From an archaeon (GTDB lineage Archaea; Iainarchaeota; Iainarchaeia; Iainarchaeales; 1-14-0-10-31-34): 33,525 nucleotides of DNA. The translations under genes were made by a program, and so were the position numbers. How positions within the stretch are numbered: position 1 is the stretch's first letter; the number at the start of each line of letters is the position of its first letter. The notes beneath the pieces were generated by a model, which was not told the origin of the DNA, searched no databases, and saw nothing but the letters and a program-made list of their open reading frames with translations. The stretch lies in contig JBDRIL010000036.1 of assembly GCA_043815885.1 (NCBI GenBank), forward strand, positions 1 to 33,525, in the 5' to 3' direction. This document shows positions 7,914 through 17,243 of this stretch, piece by piece.

Positions 7914-9113
7914 TTACAGTAGGTGGCCTAGTTTTTCTTTTTTTGTTTTGAGGTAATTTGAACTGTGTTTGTTTGCAGGAACCTTTAATGGAATTCTTTT
8001 CACTGCCCTCAAACCATAACCCTCTAAACCAATTATTTTTCTTGGGTTGTTTGTAAGGAGTTTGATTGAGGTAAGGCCTAATTTTTTCAGTACCTGCGCG
8101 CCAAAACCATAATCTCTTAAATCATCTTCAAAGCCTAGCTTCCTGTTAGCTTCAACTGTGTCCGCGCCTTTATCCTGTAATTCATATGCGCATAATTTGT
8201 TTTTCAATCCAATCCCTCTTCCTTCTTGATGCGGGATGTAAAGCACTATGCCTGATTTTTCTTTTTCAATTATTTTTAATGCTTCCTCCAGCTGAAAACC
8301 GCAGTCGCATCTCATTGATTTAAAGACGTCTCCTGTAAGGCAGGCTGAATGAACCCTGACAAGAACATTCTTTTTTCCTTTTATTTTTCCCTTTACCAAT
8401 GCAAGGTAAATGTGCCCGTAAACATTGTCCTTGAAAGTAATTAAATTGAATTTTCCATAAATAGTGGGGAGGGAAGTGGAAGAAATTTTTTCCACCAGAC
8501 TTTCTCTTTGGATTCTGTAATGGATTAAGTCCTTTACTGAAGCAATCCTTAACTTGAATTTCTTTTTTAGCTTTATTAATTCAGGCAGTCTTGCCATGCT
8601 TCCGTCCTTCTTCATTATCTCGCAGACAACTGAAACTGGTTTGAGTTTGGCTAGCTTCATTAAATCAATTGCTGCCTCTGTATGGCCTGCTCTTTGAAGT
8701 ACTCCTGCGTCCTTTGCAATCATTGGAAAGACGTGGCCTGGCTGGATTAAGTTCTTTGGATTATTTGAAAAACAGAGTGCTTTGACTGCTTCACTCCTGT
8801 CAAAGGCAGAAGTGCCAGTGGAAATATTCTTTTTTGCGTCAACTGAGACAGTGAATGCAGTTCCAAACACTCCTTTTGAATCAGTCATTAACTGGAGGTT
8901 TAATTTTTCTGCTCTTTTGGAGGTAATTGGAACACACACAAGGCCTCTTCCGTGCTTTGTCATGAAATTAATTTTTTCAGGGGAAGTGAATTGCGCTGCA
9001 AAAACAAGGTCTCCTTCGTTCTCTCTTGCCTCGTCATCAACAAGAATAACCATCCTTCCTTTCTCTAGGTCTTTTATTACCGAGGGAATTGAATCAAAAC
9101 TTATTTTATTCAT
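7914..9113 (-). CDS. ribBA: bifunctional 3,4-dihydroxy-2-butanone 4-phosphate synthase / GTP cyclohydrolase II
   Basis: DDEARENEGD, TAFTVSVDA and RAGHTEA (RibB); VRVHSACLTGDVF...RCDCG and QEGRGIGL (RibA). ATG at 9113 preferred over TTG at 9119. Confidence 0.97.
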   Translation of the reverse strand: MNKISFDSIPSVIKDLEKGRMVILVDDEARENEGDLVFAAQFTSPEKINFMTKHGRGLVCVPITSKRAEKLNLQLMTDSKGVFGTAFTVSVDAKKNISTGTSAFDRSEAVKALCFSNNPKNLIQPGHVFPMIAKDAGVLQRAGHTEAAIDLMKLAKLKPVSVVCEIMKKDGSMARLPELIKLKKKFKLRIASVKDLIHYRIQRESLVEKISSTSLPTIYGKFNLITFKDNVYGHIYLALVKGKIKGKKNVLVRVHSACLTGDVFKSMRCDCGFQLEEALKIIEKEKSGIVLYIPHQEGRGIGLKNKLCAYELQDKGADTVEANRKLGFEDDLRDYGFGAQVLKKLGLTSIKLLTNNPRKIIGLEGYGLRAVKRIPLKVPANKHSSNYLKTKKEKLGHLL

Positions 9114-9119
9114 TACCAA

Positions 9120-9902
9120 TCAGTTCATTTTTTTTGTTTTGGAAAGTGATTCAATAATTGAATAAAAAGAATCTACTTTAAGGGAAGCCCCCCCAATGAG
9201 AAAACCATTAATGTTTTTTTGTTCAGCTAATTCTGCAGCGTTCTCTGGTTTAACGCTTCCTCCGTACTGGATTCTTATTTCTTTGGACGCTTCTTTTCCG
9301 TATTCCTTGGAAATCCATTCCCTTATAAGAGAATGAATGGATTCAATTTCTTCCGGTACAGCCGGTTTGGTTGAAGTGTCTTTGGGGCCTTTGCTTATCG
9401 CCCACAAAGGTTCATAGGCAATATCTATGTGCATTAATTTTTTTTCTTCTATTCCATGCAAGCCATTGCTTAATTGTTTAGTTATTACTTCTTTTGTTTT
9501 CCCTTCAGAGTTTTCTTCCCTGTTTTCTCCAATACATAGGATAGGCTTGAAGTCATGCTCTAATGCTTTCCTGATTTTCTTATTAATTAATTCATCTGTT
9601 TCATGGAAAAGGCTTCTTCTTTCTGAATGGCCAATTATCACATATTTGCACAGTCCTTTAAGCATTAAGGGGGAGACTTCTCCAGTAAAAGTGCCTGAAT
9701 CTTCATAGAATGTGTTCTGTGCTCCAATGAGGATTGAGGAGGGGATTTTTTTCATTTCTGTTAACAAAGGAAAGGCAGGACAGATTACTGTCTCGACATT
9801 TTTTATTCCCTTTAGTTTTGGGTTAAGTTCTTTAATGAATTCTGTTCCTTCCCCAAGGGTTTTATTCATTTTCCAGTTTGCTACTGCTATTGGTTTCTTC
9901 AT
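9120..9902 (-). CDS. tpiA: triosephosphate isomerase, bacterial type
   Basis: ANWKMN, GHSERR, AYEPLWAI, YGGSVK, GGASL. Confidence 0.97.
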   Translation of the reverse strand: MKKPIAVANWKMNKTLGEGTEFIKELNPKLKGIKNVETVICPAFPLLTEMKKIPSSILIGAQNTFYEDSGTFTGEVSPLMLKGLCKYVIIGHSERRSLFHETDELINKKIRKALEHDFKPILCIGENREENSEGKTKEVITKQLSNGLHGIEEKKLMHIDIAYEPLWAISKGPKDTSTKPAVPEEIESIHSLIREWISKEYGKEASKEIRIQYGGSVKPENAAELAEQKNINGFLIGGASLKVDSFYSIIESLSKTKKMN

Positions 9903-9944
9903 TTCAAGAAGAATTAGGTGTAATTTATTTTTTAAAGCTTCTTT

Positions 9945-10913
9945 TCAAACCCACTGTTTTTTCTTGAAGTAGGCAACCATTACTACTGCAATTATAATCA
10001 TTACAGCCCATGCAAAGGCATAACCATAGGGCGAGTCTATTTCGGGCATAAAGCGGAAGTTCATTCCATATATTCCTGTTACCAGAGTCAGGGGCATCAT
10101 TATGGTTGCAATGATTGTAAGGACTTTCATTATCTCGTTCAATTTATTTGAAACCATTGAGACATATGTGTCAAGAAGAGTGGTCAAAAGGTCCCTGTAT
10201 GTTTCAATCAGGTCTATTACCCTTATGATGTGGTCGTAAGTGGCTCTGAAATATTTTACTGTTGAAGCCTTAACCAAAGTTGTTTCCCTTGTTAAGAGCA
10301 AAAGGTTTTCCCTTAAGGGGGCAATGTCTTTTTTTAACTGGAGTGTGACTCTCTTTAAATCAAATGCCTTGTTTAAGGCAGCCTTGTCAGGGTCCCTGAA
10401 TATGCTGGTTTCAAGTCTGTCTATTTCTTCATCCAGCCTGTCCAGTAATGGGAAGTATGAGTCAATAAATGAATCAATTATATTGTAAAGCAGGAAGTCT
10501 GCGCCTTTGCACAGGATTGCATGGTTCTTTCCAAATTCATTTGAAATGTTTTCCAGCAATGAAATGGGTTCCATGTGCAATGTAACCAAAAAGTTTTTCC
10601 CTAAGAAAATGTTTAATTGGGTTAATTTAAGCAGCTTTGTTTTTTCGTTCTTGAATTTAACTGAATGCAGTACAAGGAAAAGATATTCCTTGAAATCCAG
10701 GAGTCTTGAGTGCTGGTTGAAGTTAGCGCATAACTCCAGTGCAAGCGAATCCTCTATCATTAATTTTTTCTCTAAGACTTGGAGGTCGTGGACAACCGGA
10801 TTAACTATGTCTACCCAAATCATTCCTGAACCATTTGCAATGTCCTCTGAAAGCTTTTCTTCTTCGATTAACTTGAAGCCTTTTTCATTGTACTTAATAA
10901 TGGAATGAATCAT
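9945..10913 (-). CDS. corA: magnesium/cobalt transporter CorA
   Basis: YGMNF-MPE signature with two C-terminal TM helices; ATG at 10913 preferred over TTG at 10934. Confidence 0.95.
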   Translation of the reverse strand: MIHSIIKYNEKGFKLIEEEKLSEDIANGSGMIWVDIVNPVVHDLQVLEKKLMIEDSLALELCANFNQHSRLLDFKEYLFLVLHSVKFKNEKTKLLKLTQLNIFLGKNFLVTLHMEPISLLENISNEFGKNHAILCKGADFLLYNIIDSFIDSYFPLLDRLDEEIDRLETSIFRDPDKAALNKAFDLKRVTLQLKKDIAPLRENLLLLTRETTLVKASTVKYFRATYDHIIRVIDLIETYRDLLTTLLDTYVSMVSNKLNEIMKVLTIIATIMMPLTLVTGIYGMNFRFMPEIDSPYGYAFAWAVMIIIAVVMVAYFKKKQWV

Positions 10914-11005
10914 GTGTAAGGAAAAGGGAATCAAAGTATTTAAAACTTTTCACTTAAATCATTGAATTAAAAGCTTTTTTGCCCATAAAATAATAATAGA
11001 AAAAA

Positions 11006-12883
11006 ATGTACTGCCCAAAGCCAACCATCCGGGATTTAATTGAAAAAACTGGTTCTAATGAGAAAGATTCCTTTATCCAAAAGGCTTTTAGTTATGCGGA
11101 AGAAGTGTATACAGAAGAAAAAAGAGTTTCTGGGGAACCATTTATCCAGCATTCGCTCAATACTGCAATGATTGCCTCAGAACTCGGATTAGATGAAAAA
11201 ACAGTGGCTTCTGCATTACTCCATAATGTATTGTACAAAGGCAAGACGACAGAAGAGGAATTGAGAAATGGGTTTGGAGATGAAGTTGCAGACATGGTTA
11301 TCGGGATAACCAAGATTAATTCCATTATAGAGAGAAACAGGAAAAAAATTGAGTTAGAGGTTTTAAGCAAGCTCATTCTTGCTACTGCAAAGGACATGAG
11401 GGCAATCTTTATCAAGCTTGCTGATGTGCTTGACAGTCTTAGATGTATAGATATATTCAATGAAAAAAGAAGAAATGAGATAGCAAGAGAGGCATTGCTT
11501 CTTTATTCTCCTATATGCCATAAATTCGGTTTAACTAAATGCAGGTGGGAGATAGAGGATCTGGCATTCAAGCAACTCGATGGAAAGGCATACAGCTGGA
11601 TAAAGGGAAGAATAAAGGAAAGGAGGGAGGCAAGAGAAGAAAAATTGAATTCCCTTCTAAAAGAAGTGAGAGAGCGGCTGGAGAGAGAAGGAATAAATGC
11701 TGAGGTTAATGGAAGGACAAAACACTTCTATTGAATAAAGCAGAAAATGCAGAAATATAAATTCAATGATATTCACGATCTCCTTGCAATAAGGATTATC
11801 TGTGATTCAGTCAGGGATTGCTATGCAATCCTTGGAATAATTCATTCAATGTATGAACCCATTACTGATTGTTTTGATGACTATATTGCTAACCCCAAAC
11901 CAAATAATTACAGGTCAATTCATACTGATTTAAGGAAAGGTAAAGAAGTATTTGAGGCACAGATAAGGACAGGGGAAATGCACAACGAAGCAGAAGAGGG
12001 AAGCCCTGCACACTGGATCTACAAGAGGTACAGGGAAGACAAGGACTTTGACAAGAAGATTACCTGGACAAGGCAGTTAATGGAGTTAACCAAAAAGAGT
12101 AAAAAGGCAAGGGAGTTCATTGATTCACTGAATCTGGATTTCGGCAAAAACAAGGTATTTGTTTTAACTCCGAGAGGGGAGGTTACGGAATTGGCTGAAG
12201 GTTCAACACCAATAGACTTTGCATTCAATATCCACTCCGAAATAGGAAGAACATGCGAGAAAGCAAAGGTAAATGGAAAGATTGTTCCATTGAATTACGT
12301 GCTGGAAAACGGGGATGAAGTGGAAATAATTACCTCAAAGAAACAGGTCCCGAAAAGACAGTGGCTTAGTTTTGTTAAAACCTCCAAGGCAATCTCAAAG
12401 ATAAGACAAGTGCTTAGCTTGCCTGAATTGCCAAAAGCAAAAAAAGAAATGAGGGAAAGAAAGCTTTCCCTGAAAGAAAGAAAGGCAGTAAGGCTCAGTA
12501 AATGCTGTAATCCCTCACCAAAAGATGATATCATAGGGTTTTACACTACAAAGAGAAAGATAATGGTTCACAGAAAGGACTGCCCTAATGTATTGAGAGA
12601 GGAACAGAAAAAGATATTTGATTTAAATTGGAGTGACATAGGCAAAAAAGAATTTGAGGCTGAATTCAGGGTGTTTGCAGAAGACCGGCCAGGGCTGTTA
12701 GAGGATTTAATTAATGTTCTTTCTTCAGTTAATGTTTCAGTAAAGTCAACCAATGCAAAGGTAAACAATAACTATGTTTCCTGTGAGTTAAACGTTAGGA
12801 TAAGAAATGAGAAAGATTTGGATAAATTGAAGGAAAAACTAGGTAAAGTAAAAGGAGTAAAAGAAGTAAGGAAAGTGATTTGA
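11006..12883 (+). pseudogene. relA: long RelA/SpoT homolog (HD-SYNTH-TGS-ZFD-ACT) interrupted by one in-frame TGA at 11732-11734
   Basis: ORFs 11006-11734 and 11747-12883 share a frame and join as GRTKHFY*IKQKMQKYKFNDIHDLLAIRII. Also present: DDYIANPKPNNYRSIH, EAQIRT, TGS (TPIDFAFNIHS), CCNP...HRKDC and ACT (DRPGLL). The gene identity is secure; whether the stop is a real lesion, an error or recoded is unresolved. Confidence 0.85.
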
Positions 12884-12885
12884 TT

Positions 12886-14022
12886 TTATTCTGCTGTCAG
12901 GGCTTCAACTGGATCCATTTTTGAAGCAACAAATGCAGGATACAATCCCGCCACTAATCCAATTGCAATGGCAAATGCAAGGGCTTCAGCTACAAGCATT
13001 GGTGTAACCAATAATGTTAGCCCCAGAATTCCTTTTGCTGCTTCTGCTGCAGCATAGCCAAGAATGACTCCTGCTATTGCTCCGATGAATCCAATCATTA
13101 TTGATTCGAGTATAATCATTTTCATTACATCGTAGTTAGTCCATCCAACTGCTTTAAGAGCGCCAATCTCCCTGAACCTCTCCAAAACAGACATTAGCAT
13201 TGTATTAATGATTCCAATGCCTGCAACAATTGCAGCAATTGCAGCAACCAAAAATACGACTAATCTAAGGTCTCCCAAAAGAGACTCTATCTCTCCACTG
13301 AACTGAGAGGAAGAGGCTGCATCAAGCTCATCTCCATAACGAAAATTAATTAATTTAGCTACTTTTTTATCTTCCTCTGGGTTAACTAAATCCAGGTTAT
13401 ACATTGAAACCTTTCCCTCTGGAAAGTCAAGGAGGTTTCTTGCTTCATCGATAGGCAGTACTATTGTGGTTTCCATTAAAGGCGAATTCATTTTGAATAT
13501 TCCCTTCACTTTGAATCTCTTTCCATTGACTTTTATGGAAGAACCAACAAACTTACTGTAGTCTTCTGCCACTGCCTCTCCTAACATTAGCTTTCCTTTT
13601 TCTCCTGCAACCAATTCCTCTCCTTTCGTAATTTCTGCAACAATAGTCTCTCCTCTTGTTTTTGACTGCCTGGATATATCCATTCCATAAACCATTACTC
13701 TGGACATACTCAATGGAACTGTTTCGCCATCAATATTTTTTACTAAACCCATTATAGTTGGAACCGCTACACGAACCCCTTGAATGGATTCAAGTTTAGA
13801 GGTATAAGATTCATCTATTTGAGAAAACATTGGCCCCATTGAATCGGCTTCAAGCACTTGAACTCCCTGCAACTGGCTTAATGCAGTAACTATTTCGTCC
13901 TGTATCCCGTCAATTACTGCAACCATTACAATTATTGCTGCCACGCCAAGAACTATCCCTAAAAGAGAAAGTATTGTCCTGGCTTTATGCCTAAAAAGGT
14001 TATGAAATGCAAGACTAATCAT
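12886..14022 (-). CDS. ABC transporter permease, MacB/FtsX/LolE family
   Basis: RTILSLLGI, a large extracytoplasmic domain, ERFREIGALKAVG and YPAFVASKMDPVEAL. Confidence 0.92.
   Translation of the reverse strand: MISLAFHNLFRHKARTILSLLGIVLGVAAIIVMVAVIDGIQDEIVTALSQLQGVQVLEADSMGPMFSQIDESYTSKLESIQGVRVAVPTIMGLVKNIDGETVPLSMSRVMVYGMDISRQSKTRGETIVAEITKGEELVAGEKGKLMLGEAVAEDYSKFVGSSIKVNGKRFKVKGIFKMNSPLMETTIVLPIDEARNLLDFPEGKVSMYNLDLVNPEEDKKVAKLINFRYGDELDAASSSQFSGEIESLLGDLRLVVFLVAAIAAIVAGIGIINTMLMSVLERFREIGALKAVGWTNYDVMKMIILESIMIGFIGAIAGVILGYAAAEAAKGILGLTLLVTPMLVAEALAFAIAIGLVAGLYPAFVASKMDPVEALTAE
13117..13235. repeat. 119-bp near-identical direct repeat, copy 1 (in permease 1)
   Basis: Matches 14959-15077 at 117/119 nt; the first 81 bp are identical. 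Confidence 0.9.
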
Positions 14023-14723
14023 TTCCTCTCACTTGCTTCAACTTTTTGAACTAATCCATCACGCAGGAATACTCTCTTGTTTGCATACTTGAGAAGAGAG
14101 GTATCATGTGTAACCATTACAAATGTCTTTCCTTCCTTTTTATTCAGATTAATCATTAAGTCAATTATCTTTCCACCGGTAACAGTGTCAAGGTTTCCTG
14201 TTGGCTCGTCAGCGTAAATGAGTTCAGGATCGTTTATTAGTGCACGAGCAATTGAAACCCTCTGCCTTTCCCCTCCACTCAATTCATCTGGTTTGTGGGA
14301 AATCCTATTACCCAATCCAACTGTTTTCAGTAAGTTGGCTGCTCTTTCCATTACCTCTTCTTCAGACACATTCATTGGCTCTGTTGGAATCATTACGTTC
14401 TCTAATGCAGTAAGAGTAGGGATAAGGTTAAATGTCTGAAATATGAACCCCATCTGCTTTCTCCTGACCATTGCCAGACTCCATTCATCCATTAAAGCTG
14501 TATCAAGCCCTCCAATAAATACCTGCCCTTTTGTTGGATGATCCAATGCCCCGAGAAGATGAAGTAAAGTAGATTTGCCTGAACCACTCGGCCCAACAAT
14601 AATCACGAAATCTTCGTCTTTTACATCAATCGAAACGCCTCTCAATGCTTGAACTATTGTATGGCCTAAATGATATTCTTTGGTTACGTTTTTTGCTTCA
14701 ACCAATACCTCCTTCACTTTCAA
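14019..14723 (-). CDS. ABC transporter ATP-binding protein (LolD/MacB family)
   Basis: GPSGSGKST, LSGGERQRV, ADEPTGNLD, VTHD. Confidence 0.95.
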   Translation of the reverse strand: MKVKEVLVEAKNVTKEYHLGHTIVQALRGVSIDVKDEDFVIIVGPSGSGKSTLLHLLGALDHPTKGQVFIGGLDTALMDEWSLAMVRRKQMGFIFQTFNLIPTLTALENVMIPTEPMNVSEEEVMERAANLLKTVGLGNRISHKPDELSGGERQRVSIARALINDPELIYADEPTGNLDTVTGGKIIDLMINLNKKEGKTFVMVTHDTSLLKYANKRVFLRDGLVQKVEASERK

Positions 14724-14724
14724 T

Positions 14725-15873
14725 TCACCTCATCCCCCTTAATGCCTGAACCGGAGAGAGCTTGCTTGCATAATAAGCAGGATATATTCCTGCAAGCAAA
14801 CCAATCAATACTGCAAAAGCAAATGATTCAACCAATAAAGGAACTGAAATCAATACAGTTAAACCCAATAATTCCTGTAGCAAAAGCGCAACAAATGAAC
14901 CAAAAACTATCCCTACAACCCCCCCCAAAATGCCAATAAAGATTGATTCATACATCACCATTTTCATTACATCGTAGTTAGTCCATCCAACTGCTTTAAG
15001 AGCGCCAATCTCCCTGAACCTCTCCAAAACAGACATTAGAATAGTATTAATGATTCCAATGCCTGCAACAATTGCAGAAACCAAAGCAATAAGGAATGCT
15101 GCAAGAGAGAAATTCCCTAAAATTGAACTAAATTGCTCGCTGTAATCACTTGAAGTCAATGCCTCCAACTCGTTTCCAAACTTAAATTCAACCAATTCAG
15201 CAACTCTCTTGTCCTGAGAGGGATCGATTAAATCCAAATAAAAGGTGCTTACTTTTTCTTTGGGAAAAGCAGATACTTCTCTTGCGTCATCCAGACTCAT
15301 TACAATCATATTATCAAGCATTTCAATTTCTTCCTTCAGGATTCCTTTCACTCTAAAACTCTTTCCATCAATCTTTATTGAACTTCCAATGAACTTCTTT
15401 TTATCTTCTGCCAATCCATGGCCAATCAATACCTTTCCTTTTTCTCCTGGTTCCAGTCTTGAGCCTAATTCAATGTCTCCTGAAATCCAGCCAGTGCTTT
15501 TCATGGAATAATATTTTTGTGCATCCACTGCATAAATCATTATTGGGGAAAGAATGTTGGTGCTGATGGCTGGCCCTCCATCCACTTTTTTTGGGACATA
15601 ATAGATTTCTGGGACTGCCACCCTCACTCCCTGAATGGATTCAAGTTTTGAGCCAAAAGAAACATCTATCTTTGAGAAGGCTTCGTCCCCTGAATCCTTT
15701 TCCCTGACACTTACCCCCTGGATTTCACTTACAAATTCCTCCAAACCGGAAAACAATCCGTCAACAATTGAAATAAGGACAATTATTGCTCCCACTCCAA
15801 CCATTATCCCTAAAAGAGAAAGTATTGTCCGGCTTTTTCTTCTGAAGAGGTTAGAGAAACTAAGCTTAATCAT
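14725..15873 (-). CDS. ABC transporter permease, MacB/FtsX/LolE family (paralog)
   Basis: Same architecture as 12886-14022. Confidence 0.92.
   Translation of the reverse strand: MIKLSFSNLFRRKSRTILSLLGIMVGVGAIIVLISIVDGLFSGLEEFVSEIQGVSVREKDSGDEAFSKIDVSFGSKLESIQGVRVAVPEIYYVPKKVDGGPAISTNILSPIMIYAVDAQKYYSMKSTGWISGDIELGSRLEPGEKGKVLIGHGLAEDKKKFIGSSIKIDGKSFRVKGILKEEIEMLDNMIVMSLDDAREVSAFPKEKVSTFYLDLIDPSQDKRVAELVEFKFGNELEALTSSDYSEQFSSILGNFSLAAFLIALVSAIVAGIGIINTILMSVLERFREIGALKAVGWTNYDVMKMVMYESIFIGILGGVVGIVFGSFVALLLQELLGLTVLISVPLLVESFAFAVLIGLLAGIYPAYYASKLSPVQALRGMR
14959..15077. repeat. 119-bp near-identical direct repeat, copy 2 (in permease 2)
   Basis: Matches 13117-13235. Confidence 0.9.
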
Positions 15874-17132
15874 TTAGTCAAACCCTTCACTTTCCTCATA
15901 GAAAAGTATCTGAGCAGCATTCTGATGATAAAGTAAAGCAATACAAGAACAATTATCAATAAGACAAGGATTCCAATCGGGGATTCAGGAGGCCTTTGAC
16001 TGATGTAAAGGTCAATGGTTTTATTCATTGAAACCTCTTCCCCGAATTCATCCAGGAAAGAAATTGTTGCCTTTAATTCATGGTCGCCTGTCTTTGCAGT
16101 AAAGGGAATGCTTAAATCAAAGATTGCCGCACTTGAATCATCTTCATCAATTCCCCCAACATAAGATTCCTTTATCCCGGTAAATGCTTCATCTGAATCC
16201 AATTCAATCTTCACTGATTTTGCTCCATCTGTTCCAATGTTGTCTAATTGAATTGAAAGGGAGAATGAATCTCCTTGGAGCAATTTCTTGTCCTTTGGGC
16301 GGTTCTCTATTGAGAGATCTATGCCTGAAATAATTACGTCTGGTTTTCCCTTTAATTCAAAAGAAATTATTTCTGGTTCAACTTCATCAAAGTCAGTTGA
16401 AGAAACCTCTAACTTAAAGGCATACGCTTTTGGTGTTGCGTCTTCTGTTGCCTGAATCAGGAACTCTACTTCCTCATAGTCATTCGGCTTGATTGAATCC
16501 AATTGAACCACTGTGTCGGAAAACAAAACAAAGCCAGCAAAGTCGGCTGCAGTAATTGGAACCAATTCAATCTGTACGCCTCTTGCCTCGATTGAAGCCA
16601 GATTCTTTATTTTTGCAGAAATATTTATTGGTTCATTTTGATGGGGAAAAAGATTTTCTACCTTTAATTCGCGGATATCAAGTTTCTTTTTTGTTTCTAC
16701 CACCAGATTAATGGTTTCAACATCAGAAATTTTCTGATTTCCGTAAGCGTAATCCAATTTTACTGAAACAACATATGTCCCTGGATAAGTGTTTTTATTC
16801 ACATTAAATTCAAAAACAACTGTTTTGGTTACTGAAGGAGTTATTGAGCCTTCAATTAATTCATTAGTTTTTAATGGAGTAAAGCCGTTTGGCAAATCCA
16901 AAGAAATATTCGCGTCCCTTAAAACATTACTTGCGCTCCTGTTCTCTAAATTCAGTGCAAGAATTACTTTATCCCCGGGATAAACCGTTGAAGGAGTAAA
17001 TGAATAAGATGTTGACTTCAATGAATAAACAGGATTAGTTGTTTCTCCATAGGTTGAAGAAATTATTACTAAAGCATTTGCAGAGGCCGCACATAATACC
17101 AATATTAAACCTAAAAGAAAAATTCCTCTCAA
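15870..17132 (-). CDS. COG1361-like S-layer-domain / Ig-fold (CARDB-like) protein with a signal peptide and a C-terminal TM anchor
   Basis: TTG at 17132 follows GGAGTGAT. Signal peptide ends ...AASANA. Three repeats of the type P..V.PG....L.L.L.N...; C-terminal TM followed by a basic tail. This family typically neighbours MacB-type ABC genes in archaea. Confidence 0.8.
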   Translation of the reverse strand: MRGIFLLGLILVLCAASANALVIISSTYGETTNPVYSLKSTSYSFTPSTVYPGDKVILALNLENRSASNVLRDANISLDLPNGFTPLKTNELIEGSITPSVTKTVVFEFNVNKNTYPGTYVVSVKLDYAYGNQKISDVETINLVVETKKKLDIRELKVENLFPHQNEPINISAKIKNLASIEARGVQIELVPITAADFAGFVLFSDTVVQLDSIKPNDYEEVEFLIQATEDATPKAYAFKLEVSSTDFDEVEPEIISFELKGKPDVIISGIDLSIENRPKDKKLLQGDSFSLSIQLDNIGTDGAKSVKIELDSDEAFTGIKESYVGGIDEDDSSAAIFDLSIPFTAKTGDHELKATISFLDEFGEEVSMNKTIDLYISQRPPESPIGILVLLIIVLVLLYFIIRMLLRYFSMRKVKGLTK

Positions 17133-17243
17133 TGAAATCACTCCCCCAAAAAATTCAAAACAAAACCAAGCAATAAGATTACTAAACAAAAACTATTTAA
17201 GGAGTAAACCCTATATATTTATGATTTTTAGGAGAGTGAGGGA

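Noticed and set aside
11732..11734. Selenocysteine or genome-wide TGA reassignment explaining the relA stop
   Set aside because: The position corresponds to a conserved Ser, not Cys. There is no room for a 3' SECIS (a convergent gene ends 2 nt after the relA stop). TGA terminates many genes here at their natural ends (e.g. 1238, 12883, 17987).
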